The translations under genes were made by a program, and so were the position numbers. The notes beneath the pieces are model-generated. The model saw only the letters and a list, made by a program, of their open reading frames with translations. It was not told where the DNA came from and made no database searches. Shown piece by piece: positions 11,812 through 22,171 of a DNA stretch of 64,000 nt; position 1 is the first letter of the stretch, and every line of letters begins with the position of its first letter. Source of the DNA: Paramoeba atlantica (taxonomy: Eukaryota; Protista; Discosea); assembly GCA_977017575.1 (NCBI GenBank), contig CDRNVI010000163.1, positions 1 through 64,000 on the forward strand, in the 5' to 3' direction.

Positions 11812-12339
11812 TGTCAAGTGGCAGGGTTTGGTGGAAGAAGATTGCTGAGAAAAGAAAAGAAAGGTGCAAACTTCATTCCATGGCGAGAGCCGGGAATGTG
11901 AAAGAAAACAAAGTCTCTCACGCGTTTATTTATGAACAAGTTTCAATCACATATTTGTCAATGTGACACCAAGTGCAAAAGCAGAAAAACACATACAAAT
12001 AAAAGCACACATAAGAGACACAAAGACACAACAAGTTTAAGGAAGGGAACAACAGATGATGTCAGCACAAATAAATTCACAGGCTGAAAGATCAGAATAT
12101 GGAGAATAAACTATACAATCAAATTGGGTCTGAAATAGGGCAAAGGTATTCTTGAAGGCACAATTCAATGATTGATCAATATCTCGGTGTGTAGTTGTCA
12201 GATTCAGATGGAACTAGCACCATTCGAAAGAGGAAGATGAGGCGCTTCAGGATAGCATAACTCGTGATCATAGAATTCACAAATGATGTTCTCCATTAAG
12301 TCAAACATTCTTCAAACCAAGAATACTGATATTCTAACA
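11812..12339 (-). repeat. 3' LTR of copia C
   Basis: 9 substitutions relative to the 5' LTR, all transitions. Confidence 0.97.
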
Positions 12340-12357
12340 CTCCCTTTCATCATGAAG

Positions 12358-15300
12358 TTAATTCGCAGAGCAATGGGGACAAATAAGATTATTCCGGTGA
12401 GGTGTAAACACATTGGGTCCAAGGGGTTTTGTAAAAATATCGGCAAGGTTATCTTTAGTGGGCACATAATCCAACTCAATCAAGCCATCTTGCAATGCTT
12501 TTCTTGTGTAATGATCAAAGGCTTCAATTTGCTTAGTTCTTTGGTTTACATGGGGAATCTTTGCAATAGCCATCGCAGGTTCAGAATCAGATTGGAGCAA
12601 GAAAGGTCTTTTGTACAGGATGCACAACTCAGAGAGAATGTTATCAACAAATTTCAATTCACAGGATGCTTCAGCAAGGGCATGGTATTCAGATTCACAA
12701 CTGGACCAACAAACTTGAGGAGATTTCTTGGAACACCAGGAAATGGGGGAACCATTTGCAAAAATAGCAAAACCATAAGATGAGGATCTGTCTTCTGTAA
12801 CATCTTGATGGCTTGAGTCAGCTTGGGCAGAAATCACAAGTTCTTTAGTCTCAAATTTGGATTTGGGGAACACCAATTCATAATCAGGATATTTGGCAAG
12901 ATAACCGAGAATTCGCAGAGCAGTTTTGTCATGATCTTCAGTGTGGGTATTCAAGAAGCAAGAGCATTGGGAAACAGCATATGAAATATCAGGACGAGTT
13001 TTCATCAACCAAATTAGAGAACCAACAAGACTTGCATAGGGAAAATCAGTAGGAGGTTCGTCAGGCTTAGGCATAGGCAAAACTTTACTCACAGCAGGAG
13101 TATCACTCTTTCTTATTTTGTGGCAGTCAAAACTCTCCAATAAATTGTTGAGGAAGGCATGCTGATTGAGAGAAATTTCTTTGTGATTTTGTTTCACACC
13201 ACAACCAAGGAACCAGGAGCATTTTCCACTAGACTTCCACTTGAATCTTTCAATCAGTTTGGAGTAAATCTCTTCACGGAGCTTTGGACAAGTACAAACA
13301 TCCAAATTATCATCAACAACAGTTGGGAATAAACAGAAGTTTCCGTCAGGTTCAACACGAATGTAGAGATTGGGATCAGCAGTCAGACAATGGAATTGCA
13401 GCTCTTCAATAAGAAATTTTCGAAAAGTCAGATTCCAACATTGTCCAGCAATTGGCACACCATAGAGAGCTTTGTTCAATCGACAGAGATATTCGGGATG
13501 TTTAGGATCTTTGAAACCTTCAGGTTGAGTGACATAATAAACAATATCACCATCAGGAATGTCAGCTTGGATATAGGCACTTGGGACATCTCCAGAATTC
13601 ACATCAAGGTCAAACATAGCAGCAATAGCAAATGTCAAATTGAGAGATTCAGTGGTTGCAGTTCCAGCATAATTATCTTCTTGGTCAAAATTGGGATCTT
13701 TCACAAGATTATGTTTTACATGAGAACTGTTTGCACAAAATCGAGCTTTGAACTTGGATATTACACCATTTTCAGTCTTAATTCGAAATCACCACAGGCC
13801 TTGCATAATAATGTGTTTCTTTCCATCCTTGGGGAACTTCGGGGGAGGAGGCACCAATTCCCAAGTTTTATTTTCAATATGAGCATTATATTCTCTTTTG
13901 CAGGCTTGTTTCCATTCTTCTTTTTCATTTGAGTGAGCAGCTTGCTTGTAGGATTGAGGGGTAACTTTGTCATTAACAACTTGGTCAGCATGGAAGGCAT
14001 AGTCAAGGAAATCAAGATCTTTGTAACCACGGCCAGGTTCACCAAACGTATTCCAAGGTATTTTCAGGGCACTGAACACTTTTCCAATGGCGCTATGTTG
14101 GTAGTCAGGGTCTTGGAAGTGAGCAGAGTGTCTTACTTCTTCAGCTGCATCATCAGATTCATTTGGTTCAGAGATGTTAATTTCATCATCAGGTTGAGAT
14201 TGAGTAACAAGATTGAAATCAACTTCAGGATCAGTTTCAGAGTTGTATGTAGAGGAAGAGTAAGGAGATGCAGATTGGTCTGCAGGGTCATAAGGGTCAG
14301 GATCATGATCATCTGGTGGGTAATCGAACATTTCATAATTATCGAGGTCAATCAGCAATTCAGGTTCATTTTCGTTAGCAGAGTCATAATCAGTTCCTTC
14401 ACTTTCTTCATCCTTCATATCTAATTCTGTCATTTGAGGGAGAATTTCAGAATCAGGGGCTGCAGCAGCTTGAGCAGGATCAACAATTGGAGAAGAAGAG
14501 GAACTAGAAGAGGAACAAGAGGAACAAGAGGAAGATGTAGGTGTGTAAGAACCATTGCTCTGAGTAAAATCAGGAGGAGGCATACTGAGAAGCACCATCT
14601 CATCATCATCATCATCACTGTACACATTCGTACTGTGGGTTTTCTCATTCAAAGTGGTATGTTTTGAATGTAAGTTTACAGGAGCAGGAGTGGAATGGCC
14701 TATTCCATTCTCCCTTTCAACATCAACAGGGTAATCATCATCAATTACAATTTCGGCAGAATCATCAGGATTCTCATGTACACAATCCACAGGATTTGTG
14801 TTCGTACTCAGAACGTCGTCACGGTCTGATAATTTCGAAAAATCAACGAATTTTTCATTCAAATAAGTGTCAAAATAGTGTGGGATATTCCCTCTATCAA
14901 TACGCTTCAACAGGTTCGAAACACCAAAGATATATTCATCAAATACCACACTTGAACTTTCAAAAATAGTTTTCTTTACAGGGTCATACAAAATATAACC
15001 ATTAATTTTCTCTGAGGGGCCAAGATAGATCACAGGGCGTGCTTTAGGCATCAGTTTGGTTCTGTTCTTTCAGGAAATGTGCACAAAAGCATGGCAACCA
15101 AAAGGGCAGATCAACTCAATATTGGGTTTGCGACCATACAGCTTCTGGAAGGGGGAAATCTCTTCACCTTCTTTCACAATGTAGGAGCTCACAACACTTG
15201 CAAGTTTTTCAGCATAATCCCAAAATTGTTCAGGCAATCCAGCATGGATTCGAATCGCTTGAGCAGTATTCCATCGAGTCTCATTTGCACATTCAGCAAC

Positions 15301-17559
15301 ACCATTTTCAGCAGAATCATCTCTACTAGAAAATCTGATATGAATTCCTTTCTCAGCACAATATTGTCCAATTTTTGTTGCAGGACCGACAAATTCCCGA
15401 GCGCCATCGCATTGAATGATTTTGACCTTCACATCTAATTGTCTTTGAAGCTTTGCAATCAGGTTGATTAGCACTTCGCCAGCATCACTCTTTTTCTTGA
15501 GGAATTCAGATAAATCCATCTTGGAGTAGTCTTCAACAACTGAAAGAGAGTATTTGTTCTTCTGATAAGAAAGTACATTTTTCTCATGGTTGTCAATGTG
15601 CAACATTTCACCAAGTTTTCGTTTTGTTCTTGTACCAGGGGTATGACTCTTCTTTTTCGCTTTGGCCAACTCACAAGCAGTACAAACATTTTGATCCATT
15701 CTCAATCTGTGATATTGCAGGGGCAAACTGTCAACTGCATGAGCATTAATAGTCCTCTTCAAACCAGAAAAATGACACAATCTATTATGCCAATATTTCC
15801 ATTCTTTCTCATGGGTTGGACAGAGGGTTCTACAGATTCTTTTCTTGCGGAGAGGTTGAGATGAAGAAGCATCCTCAGGGGTTTCATTTTTTGGGTGAGT
15901 AACTTCTTCAGCAATATAAGATTGTTGATGATTGGTTTGACTGGGTAAAGCCAAATAATACAAGCCATTGTTCTGTGGACCACTCAAAATTGTTTGGGAA
16001 TCGCTCAAATTGATCTTCTTTTTCATCACATGAATTTGGTCAGAATCCAAGACAACAGAAGCATCCCAAGTTTCACATATGTGAGCCACAGAGAGAAGAT
16101 TCATTTCACAATTGGGGACTACAGAGATGTCTTGAAGAGGTGGCAAATCAGGATGAATTGCCAAGTCACCTTGCATTGTAACAGGAATCAGATCACCATT
16201 TGCTTGCTTGATGCTTATGGTCATTGCAGGTGGAGCATTTCTTGTTGTGAGATTTGGATCATTCACAATTGTGTTTGAACAAGCTGAATCAGCAAGAGCA
16301 GTTGCTCCATTTGATTGTTTTGCAACAAAAGCAGATTGAATTGAAGATTGAGAAGAAGAAATGAGAGCAGAAACGCAACAAGAGTAAACAGGAATATTGA
16401 TTTTATTCATTTTCATCTTCCAAGCATTGATCTTTTGAACAAAAGCATCGAAATTCGCCTTGGCTTGTTGTCCTGCAGCACTTTGGTTTGCTGGGTTTGT
16501 GTTGCAACCTTTCACAATGTGACTGGTGGCACCACAACGAAAACAGGCTTTAGCTGGAGGGGTGGGAGGATCTTCCCATCCAGGGTAATTTTGAAACTGG
16601 TTGCACGTTTGAGGAGAAGGAATTAGGGGACTATGGCGAGGAGGGCCATTTCCTTGTCTTCCTTGGTGAGGAGGGGCAACATTTCCTTGTTGATTAGGAT
16701 TGGCAGCAGGGTTATTCTTCTTCTGAAAAGCAACATAAGCAGCGGCATTCTCCTTGGTCTTCAAGGCTTGTTTCTTCTTGTTGGTGCTGGAGCGACTACC
16801 TTTGATTTCTTTTAACTCCAAGAAAGCACTCTCCACTGTCTACTCTCCCACTCTAAGCAGTCCTTGAAAGGTTTCCCAACATTGTTGCAGCATGGAATCT
16901 TGAATGTAACCCAATTTCTTGTTCATTGGTATCGGTTTCCCTTTCAATGCTTCAACGTGAAGAAATAACTCCTTCAGTCTCAACTCAAAACTGGAGATCA
17001 TTTCATTTTCTCTGATACAACAATCCTCTAACTTACTTTTTGCTTCCTTTACATTGTGAGCAATCACGGTACTCAGATTTAAGGTCAATGTGTCCCAAAT
17101 AAGTTTTGGTGTTCTTCTCTTCAAATCACTAAGATACCCTTTTGCTCGACCAACACAAGCCTTATTCAATAAGTTTGTAAAATTCATTTGATTGTCCATA
17201 TGGTCATCGAAACGTCTTTGGTTAATTTGCTGCTTGTACTCCAATTTCTCTTTGTGTCTTGCCTCCAACTCCTTTCTTTCTGCCAAGAATCTTTTCTTCT
17301 CAGCTTCTTCCATTTTTTCTGTAACCTCCTCCAGCTCCTCCTCAAACTTGATCAGGACGGGTTCACCTGTAGGAACTTTGTCGAGGAATAGATGATGAAC
17401 GAGATTTTGGGTGCTGAGCTGAATGAGTGTCTCTTTTTGCCAGAGCATGAATTCAATGGTGGATTCACCTTTGAGTTCATTAATCTCGAGTGCACCCTTC
17501 CACGTCTTGTTCTTTGGTTCAAATTCTGGCCAATCTACTACTCTGTAATCATCTTCCAT
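12358..17559 (-). pseudogene. Copia C gag-pol polyprotein (single frame, three premature stops)
   Basis: Four ORF-track segments share one frame, separated by TAG 16837, TGA 15070 and TGA 13789. Motifs: CFRCGATSHIVKGC knuckle, ALADSAC protease, WHNRLCH GAG-pre-integrase, rve, TWELVP/KFKARFCA, LNKALYGV, VVDDNL RT, ADSSH..KQIEAFDH..NLADIFTKPL RNase H. Confidence 0.96.
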
Positions 17560-17894
17560 AGTTGAGGATGTGGTGAATGTAAGAGAGCGAGAGAGAAAGG
17601 CAAGAAACAGTGACAGGAGAAGACGGGCGAGAAAAACTGAGAAAACCACACAGAATTGTGAAAACTCATGATTAAAACAAACAGAAAAACAGGCAAAAGG
17701 AACGAGAGAGCAAAAGCAATAAAAAGAAATCGAGTGAAGTTGTTGAACGAATGAGAGAAAGGGCGTGAATGAGTGAAAAACAAAAACAAAAACGAAAAAC
17801 AAAAAAACAGAAAATAAAACAAAAATAAAACAAAAAATAGAACAAAGAAAGGTGTAGAACACTGAAGTTCTACTGATGACAAGATCAGGCAGAG

Positions 17895-17911
17895 AGCCTA
17901 GACTCTTAATC
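17895..17911 (-). promoter_or_regulatory. Primer-binding site of copia C (half-tRNA-Lys(CUU) type)
   Basis: Plus strand (AG)AGCCTAGACTCTTAATC directly adjacent to the 5' LTR, with no TGG/CCA motif. Confidence 0.82.
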
Positions 17912-18439
17912 TGTCAAGTGGCGGGGTTTGGTGGAAGAAGATTGCTGAGAAAAGAAAAGAAAGGTGCAAACTTCATTCCATGGCGAGAGCCGGGAATGTG
18001 AAAGAAAACAAAGTCTCTCATGCGTTTATTTATGAACAGGTTTCAATCACATATTTGTCAATGTGACACCAAGTGCAAAAGCAGAGAAACACATACAAAT
18101 AAAAGCACACATAAGAGACACAAAGACACAACAAGTTTAAGGAAGGGAACAACAGATGATGTCAGCACAAATAAATTCATGGGCTGAAAGATCAGAATAT
18201 GGAGAATAAACTATGCAATCAAATTGGGTCTGAAATAGGGCAAAGGTATTCTTGAAGGCACAATTCAATGATTGATCAATATCTTGGTGTGTAGTTGTCA
18301 GATTCAGATGGGACTAGCACCATTCGAAAGAGGAAGATGAGGCGCTTCAGGATAGCATAACTCGTGATCATAGAATTCACAAATGATGTTCTCCATTAAG
18401 TCAAACATTCTTCAAACCAAGAATACTGATATTCTAACA
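17912..18439 (-). repeat. 5' LTR of copia C
   Basis: Direct repeat of 11812-12339, followed by TSD CAAAT. Confidence 0.97.
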
Positions 18440-21400
18440 CAAATGGACTCGACATATGTCTCCCCACAAACTGATCATTTAAGGACATTTGAACCACTGG
18501 CAACATTTTCATCCAATTCTCCTGGTAGTCTTTCAGCAACTTAAACAATAATTGTTTTGTTTCTCTCACATAGCGTTCTGTTGCTCCATTCTGGTTTGGG
18601 AAATAAGTCAAAACAGCTCTTGCCTCAAACTCAGCTGCCTTGCGGAACTCTTCTACAACATCATTCAAAAAGGAAGGGTCATTGTCCATTTGCAACACCT
18701 TGGGGATTCCAAAGTTAGTGAAAATCTTCAATAGAACCCATGCTACTTGCACCACTTCTTTTGACACTAGGGGTTGCAAAAGCACAAACTGCGTAGCCAC
18801 ATCAATCACTAATAGGATTACAGTGAAGCCATCTGAAGATACTTTCAAAATAATTAGATCCATTGCAATGTGATCAAACAGAAGTTTCGACAAAACCGGG
18901 GTGATGGGGTGAAATCCCACTCTCCCAACATTGTACATCAAACATTCTAGGCACCCTTTCACTACTTTGTCACACAGGGTCCTCAATCCATCTCAATAAA
19001 ATCCGTCTCTCACCATAGCTTCAAATAGCTTGAGTCCTCCAATATGACTCTCTTTGTGTTTCACTTTTATCAAGGCCAGTTTGTCTTCTTCTGCAGGTTC
19101 CTTCTTTCCCAAAATATCTTTCATCAACTTTTTCATTTTTTTTCCAATCCCTGTGGAAGGGACCTCATCTACCACCAGCTTATGTGAATCAAAAACACAC
19201 TTAACTCCCACCATATCTCTAACTGGTTCCCCAAAAATCCAAGAGAGAGAGTCAGGTAACACATGGTTCATTCCCTTGCAATGTATCATATAGAAATCAA
19301 AATTCAACAGGAAGTACAGCCAATCTAAGATCATAAAGTTCTTTGATTGGTTCAAATACTCCAATGCTTTATGATCCAACTCAATACAAAACCTCCTCCC
19401 CAACAGCAGGTGCCTCTAAAAAAACAAATCAGCAATCATTGGGAGCTGGTAGTCTGGGGCTTCTGATTTCACATTCACCCCTCTCAGGTCTATACAAAGC
19501 CAAACATCATCTTCCTTCTTGCCACCTGAAACCTTGGAAGCTGCTACTAGAAGGGTGTTTCAGAGATTTCACACTGAGGACACATCCTCCAGAGGAACTA
19601 TCCACCCTTTTTCCAACCATTCAGTAACTCTCTGTTGAACTTTGCCACTTAATCTTTCTGGAATCAGGCACTGTTGCATAAAAACTGGCTTTGGATCAAG
19701 CAATGAAATCAAAAAATGCGAATTCTTGATATTACAACAAGTCCCATCAGGCAATCTCTGATTCTCTTCAAGAACTTCTTTAATCCCTCCCATTATTTTC
19801 TCAACTTCTTTCTCAGGCAGGCATGTTTCTTCAGATGGCCCACTCCATCCCTCTTTGTCCACTAAGTTAGTTTCATGGAACAACTTCTTCCTTTCTGGGA
19901 ACACTGGTGGGATTCCTTTGATTTCAACACCAAGTTTCACTCCATCAGCTGCACTCAAAAGTACTCGATCTTTCCCTAAACCAGGTAAAGTCCAAATCAA
20001 AATCTCAGCTTGGCCTTGGATTGTCGAAACTTTGACTTTCTTTGCTGTGTCTGTTTCTTGAACATGTCCAGAAATTCCTCAGACTCAAAAATTTCTCTTC
20101 ACTAAATTTCCTTCTAAACAGTCAAAAACAAAAGGGTCAGCAAGTGTTGCACTTGCTCCTGAGTCAAAGATCACCCACACTTCCATGTCATTCCTCCCAA
20201 GAGAGATTGGAATCTTGGGGAGCCCATCCGTATCTTCTTCTGCCCCCAAACCAAAAAATCCTTCTTCAGTTAAAGCTAAATAAGCTTCCTCATCCTCAAA
20301 ATCAGATGTTGAAACATCAGTTCCAGGGATCTCCAGGTTTGATTCCTCTTCGGCAAGTCCAGCCAACCTTGGTTTGGCTTTCTTTTTTGGACACCCATTT
20401 GTATAGTGACCCTTTTCCCAACAAGAGAAACATCTTATCTTGGCCAAATCATGTCCTCTCCTCTCTTGAGGCTCATCTCTGTGCAATTGCTGCCATGGAC
20501 CTTTACCTTCTGCTCCACCCCCTCAAGCCCAACACTCTTTCTCAAGATGGCTGGGTTTCCCACAATTCCGGCAGTTTGTTGGTCTCCTTAGCTCTACAGG
20601 ACCAGGGGCATGAAAATGGTTAAGCAGGGCTGAACCCTCCCTTGCAGCTCCAATATCAATCAGATTGGTTACAGAGATTCATGGCTCAAAAAGGTAGTCA
20701 CTTCCACACAATAATTCCCAGAAGGGCTGATAACCTGGGAGAACTGCTTTTTCCAAAAGCTCCTTCACCTCTCGAGAATGAGGATCTGTCCCTGAAGCTG
20801 CTACCAGCAGATTAAACTGATACCCAAACGCGTCAAGTCTCTCACTTGGCTTTTGCTGGAGACTTTTCAAAGCTTTCAAAATCACCAACTTCCACCTTGG
20901 ACCTAGCAACTTTACTGGAACCAACATGAGCAATTCATGGAATGGACGGTTTTCTCTCATCTTCAGAAACCCTTTTTTTTTTTTTTTTTTTTGAGGCAGA
21001 CTTTATTCAATTAGTAGTTCTTAATCTAAGCCATTTGAATTACATTAAATTATGTTTGTTTTTAACCTCTAACAAGAGGTGAAGTTTTTTAAACTTTAGC
21101 TTAGTTCAGTTGGTCTTTATGTTGAACTTTAGAACTTCTACAAGTTCAGGCTGGAGGATGCACATCAGAAGGGAGAATAATCCAAAGCTCCTTCCAAGGG
21201 AATTTATCCTCAACTTTTTAACAGACAGGGCTGAGATGTAACCTGTTCCGATTTTCACACTTCTTCAAGAGCTCCTCATCTTCAGAAACCCACTGATCAA
21301 ACTGGGTGTGGCTTCGAACAGATATCTCTTTTGATCAGGCTCTGGGACACATCGGTTTTCCATACAGGAATGGAAGTGAAAAACAAAATCGAGCAACTGG

Positions 21401-21903
21401 AAAATCATGACTTTTTCTTGCAATTTCAGCAAATCTTGGATTTGGGGCAGTCTTTTCTTGTCTTTTGGCTTTTGTTGTTTCTCTACCCCAATTACATCAT
21501 AAGCCATCAAAGTACTTCTCAAGCTTGTCAACCTCTGGTTGACTAGTTCAACCCTCGCCCTTTCTGCAGCTGACAAACTATCTTTCAACAAAAGAGCCAT
21601 ATTCTCTTTTCGTAAAACTTGATATTTCTCTCAAAGGGCCTCAGCCTCCTCAAAATCTTCCTCTTTCTCTACAGATTTGGAGGACTTCTGTACCGTTGAA
21701 CTCATACCCAGTGAACTTGATAAACTTGATTGCTCTGGTTCTGAACCAATCGAAACCAATCCTTGATTCGAACACATCGAACTCGATCCTCGATTCAAAC
21801 ACATCGAATGTCTTTTCATGGATCCAAGCTCTGTACAAAACAAAACTTCTTCATCAAAAATTGATGACACATCGTCAAGTGAATCAAATAATTCAAATGA
21901 CAT
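18440..21903 (-). pseudogene. Gypsy B gag, protease, truncated RT/RNase H and integrase (decayed)
   Basis: ORFs 21631-21903, 21265-21600 and 20679-20960 (gag), 20085-20486 (knuckle and DSG protease), 19569-20000, 18993-19403 and 18396-18986 (rve: HIAMDLI, QMDND, GATERY). Confidence 0.92.
20973..21274 (-). mobile_element. 5'-truncated non-LTR retrotransposon fragment, copy 2, inserted in Gypsy B gag
   Basis: 20-T run at 20973-20992; ~300 bp matching 10413-10697; TSD CTCATCTTCAGAAACCC (20956-20972, 21275-21291; the first 4 nt may be microhomology); removal restores the gag frame GFLKMR|ENRPF. Confidence 0.92.
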
Positions 21904-21939
21904 ACTCGACCAAATAAAAAAGAACTTTCAACCAAAAAA

Positions 21940-22171
21940 AGTGAACAACCTCCTGACTCCACACCAGACACACAGTCACTCCAACACACAGAGAACAATG
22001 GACTCAAGAATGGTCTTCAAGCGCTTTTTTTATTCTGAAACTCCCAAGTGAGTTTCTTTCTCTTTCTCTTCTTCAGCTAATATCTGAACTTTACAAGTTC
22101 ATAATTCTTCTCCTTCTTGAGCTTCATCTTTCACTGAATTCCCCTGGGGCTAAACTAGCACCCTGTGCACA
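21940..22171 (-). repeat. 5' LTR of Gypsy B
   Basis: Direct repeat of 10854-11085, followed by TSD GTCAT. Confidence 0.93.

Larger units (their letters stand above)
11812..18439 (-). mobile_element. Ty1/copia LTR retrotransposon C, near full length
   Basis: 528-bp LTRs with TG..CA ends (11812-12339, 17912-18439); TSD CAAAT (11807-11811, 18440-18444); PPT GAAAGGGAG; domain order gag-PR-IN-RT-RH. Confidence 0.98.
10854..22171 (-). mobile_element. Chromodomain Ty3/Gypsy element B (internally deleted; hosts copia C and LINE copy 2)
   Basis: 232-bp LTRs (10854-11085, 21940-22171); TSD GTCAT (10849-10853, 22172-22176); PPT GAGGGGGGA; remnants of gag, CCHC knuckle (CFSCWEKGHYTNGC), protease (IFDSGAS), RT start, RNase H end, integrase and chromodomain in Gypsy order. 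Confidence 0.95.

Noticed and set aside
12283-16815. Plus-strand ORFs of 90-180 aa antisense to copia pol
   Set aside because: These are shadow ORFs of a long coding frame, with no independent motifs.
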